DNA of 60,000 nucleotides, taken from contig CM075989.1 of the NCBI GenBank assembly GCA_038087875.1, positions 10,542,001 to 10,602,000 of the forward strand. The letters run 5' to 3'. The DNA is from Malacoraja senta (lineage: Eukaryota). Below the pieces are notes generated by a model that was not told the DNA's origin, searched no databases, and was given only the letters and a program-made list of their open reading frames with translations. Positions 1-12,766 of this stretch are shown here, piece by piece. The translations under genes were made by a program, and so were the position numbers. The number at the start of each line of letters is the position of its first letter. Within the stretch, counting starts at the first letter, position 1.

Positions 1-465
1 TTCTGAAACTAACCGAGATAAATTCAGCCTCCTGTCGTGCAAGAGTGAAGCAGGCGAATGAAAATCATTTGTATCATGAAAGGTGTGTGGTAAAATATTA
101 TGCCGAAACGCATGTGTTGGATTACAGACATGTGTTTGAACAGACTCGGCACTGGTTGAAATTGTTGCAACGTTTAGCTTGGGCTGTACACAGATTTCAC
201 AGTTAATGGTGACTGGAGTGAATGCATGCAGACTAAATGCTTACATTTATTATGTGTGTTTTCTTGGTCTTAAAGTGTATCAGGTAGGTTAACAGCATAA
301 TTCATTTTTGTACAGAGGAAACATTCATTTTAACGAGGATGTCCTGATAAATCTAAACTCATGCAATGTTGGATTTGTTCTCAATAACTTTCTGAGATTT
401 ATGGCAAGCACTGTCAATGGTATCTATAGAAACAAACCATTTTGCAATGCAGAGTAATTGAAACT

Positions 466-770
466 AAGAACTGCATTTGTCTAGTATCTTTCACAACCTC
501 TGGAAACCCCAGAGCATCTCATAGTCAAAGATCTATTTCTGAACTGCAGTCACTGTTTAATAACAGCAACACTGCAATTAATTTGCACGCAATACGTACT
601 AAATGCATTGAGATAATGAGCAGTTAACATGCTTTAGGCGATGTTTGTTGAAAGATAAGAAGAATGAATCTTCCGTGCTCTTCTTGGAAATAGTACAATG
701 AGATCTTTCATGCCCACCACAGACAGCAAACGGCCTCAGTTTGGCACTCAATCTAAAACAAAAGATGGCA
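466..770 (-). mobile_element. Decayed Deu-domain SINE (SacSINE1/AmnSINE1-like)
   Basis: Reverse complement resembles the Deu core and tail of the better copies at 26060-26370 and 57710-58130. Confidence 0.55.
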
Positions 771-1415
771 ATAGTCATAGAATTATGCAGCATGGAATCA
801 GGCCATTCGGCCTACTACGTTCACACTGATTAATGGACACCCATCTGAATTAATCTCTGCTTCCAGCACTTGGTTCCTAGCCTTCTGTGTCTAGCTAGTT
901 TATAAGTACTTGTCTAGACATTTCTTAAATGCAATTAGTTACTCTGATTCCATCACATTCCAGGTGAAAAATGTTTCTTTCCGATTCCCTTTAAAACTCT
1001 TGCCACTTGTCTTAAACCTTTGTTGTCTAGTTTTATTCACCTCTGATAAAAAAAAAGATTTGCTGTAGTCTACCCTATCTGTACCTCTCAGAATGTTCTT
1101 TACCTTTTTATCCCTTAACTTCCTGCTTGCTCTTAACTAAGACCTAGCCTCTCCAGTCACTCCTCATAACTGAAGTGCTCCATCCCAGGCAACATGTGGT
1201 GAATTACCTCCTCACCCTCTGCAGTGCTATCGTATCTTTCCTACAATGTGGTGGCCCGAACTGCATGTAATACTTCAGCTTCTGATCAATGTTTTATAAA
1301 GTTGAAGCATAAACTCCCCGTACTTTGTATTCAGTCCCCTGATCAATATAAGCCAGCATCTCATGTGTTCTTTTAGCTACATTATCATTATCATTCTGTG
1401 CTACCACTTTCAAAA
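771..1415 (-). mobile_element. CR1 LINE 3' fragment
   Basis: Inverted CR1 tail (caggccattcggcc) followed by decayed ORF2 C-terminal sequence like 15020-15425 and 23440-24240. Confidence 0.7.
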
Positions 1416-1465
1416 ATAGTGTTGGCCATCTTATAATGAAAAACCATTATTTAAATAATATATTT

Positions 1466-1567
1466 AAGAAGGAACTGCAGAAGGGTTTCGGCCCGAAACG
1501 TTGCGTATTTCCTTCGCTCCATAGATGCTGCCTCACCCGCTGAGTTTCTCCAGCATTTTTGTCTACC
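1466..1567 (+). mobile_element. Penelope-derived short insert with hammerhead-like motif
   Basis: agggtttcggcccgaaacgttg motif plus family tail; exact 18-bp TSD tatttaaataatatattt at 1448-1465 and 1568-1585. Confidence 0.8.
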
Positions 1568-1687
1568 TATTTAAATAATATATTTGCCATGAGCGGTATA
1601 AATGAATTAGAGGAGATAATTGTCCCATCATAAGTTGTACTGATCTGCCTACTTTCTGCAGCCCTGTCCTAACTACCTGATCTAGAA

Positions 1688-1852
1688 GGTAGACGCAAAA
1701 TGCTGGAGTAACTCAGCGGGACATGCAGTATCTCTGGAGAGAAGGAATGGGTGACGTTTCGGGTCGAGAACCTTCTTCAGACTGCTTGTCCCACCGAGTT
1801 ACTCCAGCATTTTGTGTCCACCTTCGATTTAAACCAGATCTGTAGTTCTTTC
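1688..1852. mobile_element. Penelope-derived fold-back insert with hammerhead motif on minus strand (1750-1782)
   Basis: Inverted arms (aaaatgctggagtaactc / gagttactccagcatttt); 15-bp TSD ctacctgRtctagaa at 1673-1687 and 1853-1867. Confidence 0.8.
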
Positions 1853-1949
1853 CTACCTGGTCTAGAACGTGGTTGGGTCCTTTCTCAGTGTATGGTGCCG
1901 CTGCACTTATGATGAGTTCATTCAGTTATAAAATAACGTAGAAATTTAA

Positions 1950-2340
1950 CAGAGAGAAGCAGGAGAAGGAGAAGGCCATTCTGTAACCTGATCCGCATTC
2001 AAGTCGATCATGACTGATCTCATCAATGGCTTCAATTTCACTTTCCACCCTGTTTCACATAGTCCTTGATTTTCAGTAGTCCAAAATGTATCTATATGTC
2101 CATTCGAATACACTCAGTGATTTAATGTCCACAGTTCTCTCTCTCTCACTTGAGAATTCCAAATATTTATCACCCTGTGAGAGAAGGAATTCCTCTTCAT
2201 CTCTGGGTTTAAATGGGTGACCTCTTATTCTGACCCCTTATCCTCCTTGTTCCAGATTGCCCTTTGAGGAGAAGCATGCTCTCGGCATCCATACTATTAA
2301 TGCCTCTCACAATTCTATGTTTCAGTCAGATCACCTTTCA
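1950..2340 (-). mobile_element. Decayed CR1 LINE 3' fragment
   Basis: gaaggccattc...gatcatgactgatctc inverted CR1 3'UTR pattern. Confidence 0.55.
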
Positions 2341-2769
2341 AATGCCATGGTGAACTATAAACCAAGGCTTTACTGTTGGCGACATCAGCTGACAGTGTGT
2401 TCTTGTGACATCCTGCTATCTGTTCTGTTAGCAGAGGTGTAGCCTATTTAAATAAATGAGTCGGCGCCTATTACGGAGAAATGTCTTGTGAATATATCAT
2501 GCATTAATTTAGTGATATTGGTGCCTGTGAGTTCAGAACTGAAGCTGTGATACTCCCGCTAACAGTTCTTAATTTAAACATTGTGAAATTACAGGAAGGG
2601 GAGTGACTTTACAGAATGCTGTACAGTAAAGGAGGAAGGGGCAACAGACACTCTCCTGCTCCCTTAACACAAAGAAAGTTTCCAATGTGTTTTGCAAACA
2701 GAAAACAGAGTTAGGCATCCATACAATAATCCCAAAACTCTGCTTCTGACCAACTTTAGCCCGATTTCT

Positions 2770-2975
2770 TGCACTCTTCCAAGAGTGTCCAATCTATCAA
2801 GATTCTATGCTCTGGAATTCCTTCCCGTTCCCTCTTCCCTCTTCTGCTTTAAGACCCTTTTTGCAAACTATTGATTTCACAAAGCTTTTGCTCACTGTCC
2901 TAATATGTCACCAATAGTTTGATAATATCCCTGCGAAGCACCCTGTGATGTATTTTAGCGCTAATAAACATAAGC
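2770..2975 (+). mobile_element. L2-like LINE 3' end remnant
   Basis: ctctggaattcccttccc...ttaagacc...caaagcttttg...gaagcaccctgtgatg resembles an L2 ORF2 end and tail. Confidence 0.45.
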
Positions 2976-3504
2976 TCCCATTTGATTTTTCCTCGAAACA
3001 TAAAAGGCGGTGGCTTGGCCCAATGCCAGTGTTCAAAGCCATTCCGTCAGAACCCATTCTCTCTCTCACCATTCTGATTGTCTTGTCACCAGGGTTAATT
3101 AGTGGTAACTAATTAACCCACCAACCAGAATTGCCTTGGGATGTGTGCAGAAAATGGAGCTCTCTGGGCAAACGACATACTGACAGCACCAGAGGTTGGG
3201 ATCAAACCGTGGAGTTGTGAAACACAGTATTGCACGAGCCTCTGTGTGCTTGTGTGGCAGCAGCTTTGCACGCTGCACCTCCGCACACTTTAGTTTTTAA
3301 AATTTAGAACAAATGATTCGAGGTTTAAGAATTTAAGGAGGTTTCAGAGAATGGACAGGAATAGCGTAGACAGGAGTCAATTATACTCTGCTGCCAAAAG
3401 TGAGGAAAAGTAAGGGCGTAATTGTGCAGAATTCTGCATGACTAAAAATGACAAGCTGCAGACGGCTTAGAATAGAGCACAGACCCGAGCTGGCTGCAGA
3501 AGAT

Positions 3505-3700
3505 AAAGAAGGTCTGAAGAAAGGTCTCCACTCGAAACGTCAGGTTGAGACCCATTGGACTAAGAGTCAGGGGTCTGAAGAAGGGTCTAGACACAAAACG
3601 TCACCTATTCCTTCTCTCCAGAGATGCTGCCTATCCCACTGAGTTACTCCAGCATTTTTTGTCTACCTTCGATTTTACCAGCATCTGCAGTTCTTTCTTA
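3505..3700 (+). mobile_element. Penelope-derived insert with two tandem hammerhead-like motifs
   Basis: ctgaagaaaggtctccactcgaaacgtc (3514-3541) and ctgaagaagggtctagacacaaaacgtc (3575-3602), followed by the family tail. Confidence 0.75.
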
Positions 3701-4199
3701 AATTTGTAAATGTAATGGGTGAGTGTATTGGGAGCCAATGCAAGTCAATGAAAATGGGGCTGATGGTCACTGTGTGTGTGGCTACAGAAGAGATGCCTGA
3801 ACAAGGTTCATCTTGTGCCCTGTCTGTGGGATTCTATGAGCTGTTAGGTGCTGTTATTTCAATTAATGAATGGAGGGGGGCAGAGAGTATTGGAGGCAGA
3901 AATATTCATGTATTTAAAGATTTTCTGCATGAGAACTTGAAGAGCAGAGACTTCCAGAATGTAGCCTAGGGAATGGGAAAGAAGATGAACTCAAGGCCAA
4001 TTTCAGACTGGCATGAACGTGATGAGCTGCCAGAGTTCTTACTCACAATAATACAGAACTACTTCATTTGGCCCATCAGGTCCATGCTGGCTTCCAGCAG
4101 AACAATCTGACCAGTCTCATTCCTTGGCCCTAACCTTGCTTTCACAACCCCATTTTGATTCTTTTTGCTACTTGCCTAAACTAGGGGTTAATTTGTTAT

Positions 4200-4468
4200 T
4201 AGAGATACAGAGCGGAAACAAGCCCTTTAACCCACCAAGTGCGCACTGACCAGCAATCACTATCCTACACACACTTGGTAATTTATACCAAGCCAATAAA
4301 CCGGTATGTCTTTGGTGTGTGAGAGGAAACCGAAGATCTCAGAGAAAACCCACGCGGTCGCAGGGAGAAACTCCGTACAGACAGCACCCGTAGCCGGGAT
4401 CGAACCCGGGTCTCTGGCACTGTAAGCGCTGTAAGGCAGCAACTTTATCACTGCTCCACCATGCCGCA
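4200..4468 (-). mobile_element. HE1-type V-SINE (tRNA-derived, CR1 tail)
   Basis: B-box ggttcgatccc on minus strand; close match to copies at 16858 and 47012. Confidence 0.85.
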
Positions 4469-4489
4469 GTGAGTAAAAAAAAAATAATA

Positions 4490-4645
4490 GCTAATTAACT
4501 TGCAAACTTGTCTTTGGGATGTGGGAGCACTTGGGGGAAACCCTGTGATCATGGAGAAAACCTGCAAGCCCCACACAGACAGCGAGGTCAGGATCAAACC
4601 CAGGTCCATAGTATTGTGAGGCAGCAACATTAAATTGACTACCAA
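4490..4645 (-). mobile_element. Older HE1-like SINE fragment
   Basis: gtctttgggatgtgggag...ggtcaggatcaaacccaggtcc. Confidence 0.65.
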
Positions 4646-4649
4646 TTTG

Positions 4650-4945
4650 GTAGGTGAGAATTTTAATTCAAATAACGAAATAAATTGGTAAATTAGGAAG
4701 AAAAAATATATATAATCTCTGTAACAGTAACTCTGAAACTACTGAATTATCATTAAAAAACAATTACTGAAGTTTGGTTCACTAATATCCTCCAGGAAAG
4801 AAAATCTGCTGTCCTTACCCCAGCCTACGTCTAATTCCAGACCAATCAATGTGGCTGCCTCTTATCTGCCTCCTCAGTAAAGATGCAATTAGGAACAGAC
4901 AACAAATAAAGGGATTGCCACATCCTGTGAGTGAGTAAATAAGAA
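4650..4945 (+). mobile_element. Second SINE-like family (ggttcactaatgtcc...ggaaatctgc core, CR1-like tail)
   Basis: Shares core with 8650-8970, 26480-26735 and 44440-44775(-). Confidence 0.6.
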
Positions 4946-5049
4946 AACAATTCATTTCCTTCTATGCTGTAATTTTCCGTGTATTCCTGCAGTACAAGTA
5001 CAAGAGCATGTTTGAACTTTGGACGGGGTAAATTGAGTTTAAAAAAATG

Positions 5050-5360
5050 AGTGATACAGCAGGAGGTGCTGCTGCCACAGAGCTCCAATGACCCAGGTTT
5101 GATCCTGGACCTCCAGTGCTATCTGTTTGGTGTTTGCACAATCTCCTTGGGACCATGGGCATTTCCACCAGGTGCCTGATTTCATCCCACATCCCAAAGA
5201 TGTGCCGGTTGCTGTACATTACCTCTCATTGTAGGTATGTGGCAAAAATACGAAAGGGAAGTCAATAAGTCCATGAGAGATAAAATGCTGGGGAATGGGA
5301 CAGGTGGGATCAGACTACCGCTGGCTGGAATGAATGTGGGAGGCTAAATAGCTTCTTTCT
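5050..5360 (+). mobile_element. Older HE1-like SINE
   Basis: gacccaggtttgatcctg head and tcatcccacatcccaaaga V-domain-like core. Confidence 0.6.
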
Positions 5361-5384
5361 GATTTAATAATGAGAGAGGAAGAT

Positions 5385-5650
5385 TTGCATTTCCATAGCA
5401 TCTTTCACAATCTCAAGAGATCCCAAAATCCTTAACAGCCAGTGTTGGAATGTGGAAAGCATGGCAGACAGTTCTTCACAGCAAGCTCCCAAAACCAACG
5501 CGTTCATGAGTAGAAAGTCTGAATGAGGTATTGGTTGGAATGTGGTATAATTCCCATCTTCAAGACAATGCCAATGGATATGTTGCGTCCATCTAAAAGA
5601 GCAGGTAGTTTAACACCTTAATCAAAGATCACATCTCCAACCGTGCAGAA
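5385..5650 (-). mobile_element. Decayed Deu-domain SINE
   Basis: ttgcatttccatagcatctttcaca tail and cacagcaagctccc core in reverse orientation. Confidence 0.55.
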
Positions 5651-6385
5651 CCTCATTAGTATGGTCCAAGGAGTATTAGTGAAAAACACAGAGATAGTTC
5701 AGGGGAAGTGGACTGTTGGTTCAGGAAAAAACAGAATGAGAGGATATTGGTTAAGTATGTCATACTGCTGTGTGGCTTTAGTCAGGGTTGTAATGGTATT
5801 GACTGATTCTAATTCACAACTTTCAACCTCTCTTCATAATCAATGAAAATGAACTTTGGAAGCAGACTATAATAGTTGCGAGTACATTACAAACTTCTTT
5901 CCTGGCAAGCTCATCCCCAAGCCTTAAATCATACACTATCCTTATTTGCTATTCTTTTAACATGTTCAAGTCTAAATTCAGGAGCTTCCTCCCCATCTGC
6001 ACTGGGAGAGCACCCTTGCCTAGGTTTAGAGAGATATGAGCTACACATAGGCGAATGGAACTAGCTCGGATAGACAGCTTGGTGGACAACTGAGAAGGGC
6101 CAATTTTTGTGCTGCATAGCTCAGTGGCTCTATCTCAGGTGGTTCATCATCACTGTCTCAACTATAACGACACTGTCCTTGCCATTAACAAACTTTCACA
6201 CACAGTGTCACATACTGGGAAAGGCCAATTGAACCAGATACTTGTCGAGCTCCCCGTACAATATTCTCGTTGGCACGAGGGACAAGCTGTGTAGCAGGTC
6301 GTACACACTCTGGGTGGGAGGAACTTTGGCTAGATCACAGTTGGCTCACCTTTCACTGAGATAGGGTGGGTGGAGTGGATTGGTT

Positions 6386-7321
6386 GATGGGGGCGCTGTG
6401 AGTCGGCTGCCCTGCTAACACCGTGTTCGTTATTTCTACTTTTTTTGGTTTTTTCGGTGTGTCTAGTGTTAGTTTGGGTGTCTCTCAGTATGTCTTATGT
6501 GGGGGGTGGTGGGGAGGGGAAAGGGGGAAACCGTTTTCGGTCGCCTCCTCGACGGAGAAGCGATTTTTTCCATGTTGCCTCCCACGGGCCTAACACCATG
6601 GATTGGAGCGGCCTTTCCCGGAGTCAGGCCCGGAGCATCGGCAGCAGTCGCAGCGTGGACTCTCCGTCGTGGAGCGGGTGTAGCCAGAGAGGAGTGCTCA
6701 GATCGCCGGCCTGGTGTCGTTGACACGATGGAACTGTGGTCCGCGGAGCTTGAGCCGCGGGCGTGGAGTGGACTTACCATCCGGATCCTGGGATCCCTCG
6801 CCGGGGATCACCGGAGAAGAGCTCCGACCTGCGGCCTATAACATCCTGAAGCCGCGGTCTGCGGAGCTTCTAGCACGAGGGGGGCATGGACTTACCTTCC
6901 GGAGCCTGGGATCCCCTTGCCGGTGATCGCCGGTGAAGAGCTCCGACCGCCGGCCTGCGGCCTATAACATCCTGAAGCCGCGGACTCCATTAGGAACGTG
7001 CCGATTCGGGACCTCCAAGCCGTGGAGTGTGTTCCACCGTCCCGACGTCAGAGTTTAGAGCATCCCGACGAGAGGGCTGTACATCGGGCTGTCTGTAGTG
7101 CCGCCTACGGAGGGTCTGTGCCCCCAACCACGGGTGAACAGAGGAGGAGGACTGGCTGACCTTTGTTGCCTTCCACCACAGTGAAGAATGCTGTGGTGGA
7201 TGTTTGTGTTCAATTTTATTGTGTATTGTGTGTTCTTTTTGAGTGTTTTGCTGCTGGCAAATTCATTTCACTGCACCTTCGGGCGCATGTGACGAATAAA
7301 ATTGACTTTGACTTTAACTTT
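6386..7321 (+). mobile_element. GC/CpG-rich non-coding retroelement (Rex1-like tail)
   Basis: Homologous to 21620-23175(-); ends gtgacgaataaa plus (ttgact) repeats; internal duplication 6770-6857 / 6888-6983. Confidence 0.75.
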
Positions 7322-7659
7322 GAGAGGACTAGTGGAGGCTGAGGACCAATATGTTGAGTTGGGTTGTGTACATTTGAGGTGGCAGTGAGAGCTCTAATGG
7401 AGATCCTTTGCATTGTCAGCAAATAACATAGAGGGTATAAGTACAGATGGTTACATCAGCCAGACGCCACGGCAGAACGTGACAAATGTCCAGATCTCTC
7501 TGTGTACAACGGTCAAATGTTCAGAGGGCCCAGAATAAATCTGGCGTCACTGAGGAAATGTAAATAGTGGATTGTTTTTAATCGTCAGTTTTCTGATAAG
7601 ATTCTATTGTGTAATGTACACTAACTTTGAATTATGCAATACAATTTCTTAGCCTCTGT

Positions 7660-7829
7660 ACCCCCTCTCCCTCTCTCCCCCCTCCCCCTCCCCCCTCTCC
7701 CTCTCTCCCTCTCTTCATCTCCCTCTCACTCTCTTCCTCTCCCCCTCTCTCCCTCTCCCCCTCTTTCCCTCTCTTCATCTCCCTCTCTCTCTCTCTTCCT
7801 CTCTTCCTCTTTCCCTCTTTCTCTCTTCA

Positions 7830-7888
<59 letters not shown>

Positions 7889-7920
7889 TCCTCTCTCCCT
7901 CTCTCCCTCTCCCTCCTTGC
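7660..7920. repeat. CT-rich polypyrimidine / (CT)n microsatellite
   Basis: Seen directly. Confidence 0.95.
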
Positions 7921-8649
7921 CTGTCTGGGAACTCTTAGACTTACTTCCTCATGGCAGGTTTGACTTGATAAAAATCCATGCCCGGCATTCCCAAAGGATG
8001 GCATCCTGAACTCAGACATTTCCCATTCTAGTCACCTGGCAGAAACTTGGCTTTGGATCTTAGCCTAAGAAAGGCATAAAGATACTGCATGGCGATGCCT
8101 GTGTTGTGCGGACTACTAGATAGTTCCCGCTCCTAGTTATGGGTTACACAATTGATAGTCATTCAAGTAATGGCAGGGTATGGAGGAAGTTAGAAATTGT
8201 GCAACATGATAGTTAGCAAAATAGTTCTGGTTTGTTCAATTGAACCATTATTGAGTCATAGTTTAAAAACTCAGCCCAGAAGTGAGATGGCGCCTGGAAT
8301 TATCTCAGTTAAGATCCTCTGCTTCTCACAGAGAGATACAAATGCAGTGAACTTTTAATTAACAGCAGTTGTGGAAGCATGGATCACATTTGCAGAGAGT
8401 CTGAGGACAGAGACATGGCACTCACCCTACATGAGCCTCATCCTAACCCTCTTCTGCTCACTCTACCATATCCATCTATTGCTTTCTCCCACAAGTGATT
8501 ATCCAATTTGATTTTCAATGCATGCTAGATATGTCAACTACTCTCTCAATGGTAATATGTACCTCATTCTAAGTACATTCCGGATATCATATTACATTAA
8601 AATCTGCACAGATAAATAGTACACCAATGCAACTCTGGAAAGGGGTACT

Positions 8650-8970
8650 TTAGAACAGTGGTTAAATTACAGAACTCAATGGCCTGAATTCTGAACAATT
8701 GCATCAGAGACATCAGTGTGAATTCCACCATGACAGGTGAGATTCAATCTGTTATTAAATACATCTGGAATTAAAGCTCATATCCATGGAAATACTAAAA
8801 TGTTGTAAAAACTCAATAGGTTCTCTAATGTCCTTCAAGGAAGGACATCTGCCAGTCTTGCCTACATTGGCTCAAGACCCATCACATGTGGCAGACACTT
8901 CAAGGGCAACTATGGATGAGCAATGAATGATGGCATTTCCAAATGGTGTCCTCATCCTATGAATGATTTA
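8650..8970 (+). mobile_element. Second SINE-like family copy
   Basis: aattccaccatg...atctggaatt...ctaatgtccttcaaggaaggacatctgcc core. Confidence 0.6.
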
Positions 8971-11900
8971 CAAGGAGAATCTAGCACAATGGCCACTACT
9001 TAACACCAATGAGCTGCCCATTTTAGATGTGAAGAGGTTGCCAAACTGATATCTCTCAATCAATTGTTCAGAATTCAGGCTGCTTAAGTCCTGTAATTTA
9101 ACTACAACACTATATCCATTTTCTAATGTTGCATCAGGGTTTTTTTTACTTGGAAGTGTTATACCAAATATTACATCCAGGATGTGCTGAGAATGAGGAA
9201 CACATCAGAGATTCATGAATTTTTAGAACTCTCTTCGTTAGCAAATGGGACTCATTTAGATGGGGCATCTTGGTTAACAGGGCTGAATGGCATGTTTCCA
9301 TGCTGAATGACTGTTCAACTCTATAAAGGGTGGTGGAAGCAGAGTCTTTGAATATTTTAAGGCAAATGTAAAGTGATTCTTGATAAGAAAGGGGGCAAAA
9401 TGCAGAGTTGAGGTTACAATCGGATCAACCATTATTTTATTAAATGGCGGAGTAGTTTTGGGGAGCTGGGTGTGTACGTCTCCTAAATTGTACGTAAATG
9501 GATTTATTGCAAGACTGTGCACTGTCAGGAATGTGTTGAACAATTAAAGCAGAAGGTTGCTTTGGGGTGAGAAAATCCTGTCATGTTCCAAGAGCCTACC
9601 CATGTTTCATTGTTTTCAACCCCACCTTCATGACCACTGCTCTTCACTTTATACAAACATCCAGGGCAGCTTAGTGGGCAATGTGTTGAATGGCAGCATC
9701 TGGAATGTGGGCCCTTAGTGGAAATGTTAAATGCCTTGTTAGATTGAAATCCTGGCTTGCAGAGGGGCTTCACGTAACTATATATGTGCACTAACACTTC
9801 CACACCAGCACAAACTGAAAGGCCATCTGGTGGGTTCTTGTTTTGGAGCAACTTGATAAGAAACATCCAAATGCACTTAGACTGGGAAGATACTGCCTGA
9901 CAAACCTCTTTGATTTCACTGAGGATATTGCGAATTTATAATGCCAGCCTTCCTGTGGGAAAGTTTATTTAGACTTTCAGACAGGATCTCAAAGCTTGCA
10001 ATGCAAGTTAAAAAAAAATGCTGGAAAACCAGGATAAGATGCAGGATTAGGTAATGTATTGGATAAAAGGAAAATAAAATGTACTTGTTAATGATGTGGT
10101 GACAGACTGGGAAAGAGTTCTGGAGATAGGAGGTGAGAGCAAGACTTTGTGACTCTCAAAAATGGATGGCTCTGATTCAGTCATCTGTATTCCATCATTC
10201 CTGAATTGTACTCCCTTTGAAGTGAATGAGCTTTTAAAAATACATTTTACACCAAAAGCTATCAAGTGGTATGTGATAGGATGGTCCTTTTTCCAACTCC
10301 TTAACACAAGTGCAGAAGAAACTGAATAGACATGTTAATTTTGACATTTTCACAGCGCGTTTCATGTCCTTTTAGGAAGCATTGAAAGTAGTTTTCAGTC
10401 AATGAATTATACAGTAAAGTCTTGCTGTAGCCTGTTTGTTAAACAAGACACCATGTTAACAGATAGCGTAGCAGGCATGATGCTGGAAAGCTGCTGCTGC
10501 GCTTTTGCAGGGAGATTTACTGCTATGTGATGTACACAAAGCAGTGAAGCTCTCTGGAATTCACTCGCAAAAGCAAATTAGTAACAGAGCAGGTCAAAGA
10601 TGTATTCAGGCCTTACTTTACACGTTAAATTACCATGACAGAGCATGACAATCAATTCCCTAATCATATAACATCTTCAAAATGAAAGAAGAACAAGTGA
10701 AAGCAATATTTTCAGTTCACATTTTCCTAGGATGTGGTTATTCCCACAAGAGCCACCAACTCTTGGTAGATGGGAAAGACTGACGGTCTTTCACACCTTA
10801 GGACCTCCCAAATGCTTTGTGTCGTCAGTGAAGCACCTCATGGAGTGTAGTCTCTGTTATAAGTGGAAGCAGCAGCAATTTTACACAACTTGCATTGTTT
10901 TTTTGACTGAAAATGAGATCATCAGTCTTTAGGTGTTGGTTGAGGGATGTCGAGGCCTGATTCCCCTGATCTTCTATGAACACTGGCAAGGGAATCTTTA
11001 CCTCTACATGACTGGCTCAATAGGGATTCCAGCCCGTTGTTACCTGAGATACATGACTGCAGATGTCCCAAGAGACTCTTTGACTAACATTTAGGAATTT
11101 TCCCTACATTCCTGAAGACAACTTTCAAGCACAGCCTTTCAAGCATTGTTTCACTTTTTTTTTAATGCTTAAAACTTTCGCATCGTCTTCAAATATTAAT
11201 TTACACTGGGAACTGAATTTCTTATGCTCCCTTTTAGAGCTGTTATTAAGCTCAAAATGAAAATATTCGCCCACACCTTAATACCCCACTTTATATTTTG
11301 AACCCACAACATGCCACGATGCTTGTCCCTTGTGAAAATAACCCATAGCTCCACATTACATTGTAGCTCTGTGATAATAGCTGTCTATTCATTACTAGAA
11401 GCATTCTCCGAACCAGTATTATACTGAACACTACTACACCAACCTCCTTGTTTCAATCATTGAATATACATTCCCCGCACACAGTCCAATGCTATAAAAT
11501 TAAGAAAAGAAATTACTGCAATGTGCTGTGCTTTGGGAATTTCTGGCAAATTGCACAAAAAAAACTTACGCCAAGCCCCTGGTCTGCTCTTGCTCTTGCA
11601 ACGCTGTAGAGAGCAACAGGCTATTAGCACATGTCACGAGCAATAAATCAATGTGGAACGTTGGAACTGAATGTAGGCATGGATGCTTCCAAACCTTGGG
11701 AAGCCTTAAAAGAATTCCTTGAAGCACAGGGAAAGCACAGTTACCGAATGTGATTTCACGACTTGGGCTTTCTTTTTGAAGAAACGTCCTACTTTTCTGC
11801 ATAAGCCTCTCAGCTCCAAGATCTTGATTTCCAGCCCTGCTCATGTTCCGATACAACCTGACATGTGAGTTTTTACAGATTCGTGAAGATTACATTTATT

Positions 11901-12429
11901 TTCAATTTGGGGATAAAGTAGGGATAGGTTTGTGTATAAAATTATTTAATTCGTCGGGCATTTGGGAAGCAGCGAATAAGCCATTGCAGAGAAAGAGAAA
12001 CATTTGAGAAGTTTGGCCAGGGGTCCCCGGCTCCTGAGCTGGGTGGCATCGAAAGAAAACATTCTCCCACAATTTCCATTAATGTTCATTGTCCAATGAC
12101 ATTCCCTACTGGAATTTCCTGGGTCTGTACAGTTGCAGGAGCTTCAAGAGATGATGTGAAGCCTCACAAGGTCAAATGGACTGCCACCATACACTGTTAA
12201 CAGGCATGTCCTACTGTAGGGACAATTGATGGTGCAACATGTTGTTTGGTAGAAGAGTTGGGGTGAGGATGAGAGTAGGTTTTCAAAAAGAAAAAATTGT
12301 TAAAAAGAATGCACATTTCAATTTTTAGGTTAGTTTTATCTTCTAAAGCCAGAGTTTTGTCTTGACATATAATAAATTTTGCCCTGGTTATCTAGCTGAA
12401 AATTATTTTTACATGCTTTAATAGCAGTG

Positions 12430-12766
12430 AATTAATGTGTGTTTGTGTGTATGTAATTCTGATTGTGTGTTGGTGTATGTGAGAGCTGCTGGATGACTGT
12501 GTCTGTTTGAGTGTGCTTGTGTAAGTCTGATGTGTGTTGGTGTGAGTGAGACAGTGTGTGGGTATGTGATTCAGTTGAGTGTGCGTTTAAGTCTGTGTGT
12601 GTAAGTTTGGTGTGTGAGAGAGAGAGAGAGAGCGAGAGAGAATCTGATGCAGGAGATTGTGTGTAAGAGTGTTTTGTGTGTGTGTTTGATTCTGCTGTGA
12701 GGGTGTGTGTAAGTGGTGTGTGTGAGTGTGTATTTGATTCTGTTCTGTGTGTGTGTGTGTGTGTGC
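12430..12766. repeat. Degenerate (TG)n/(GA)n microsatellite
   Basis: Seen directly. Confidence 0.9.

Noticed and set aside
3092..3119. Perfect 12-bp hairpin gggttaattagt-ggta-actaattaaccc
   Set aside because: Lies in a decayed minus-strand SINE whose consensus is already quasi-palindromic there
11566..11856. 96-aa minus-strand ORF with a donor-like site
   Set aside because: No recognisable homology, no convincing acceptor, no partner exons
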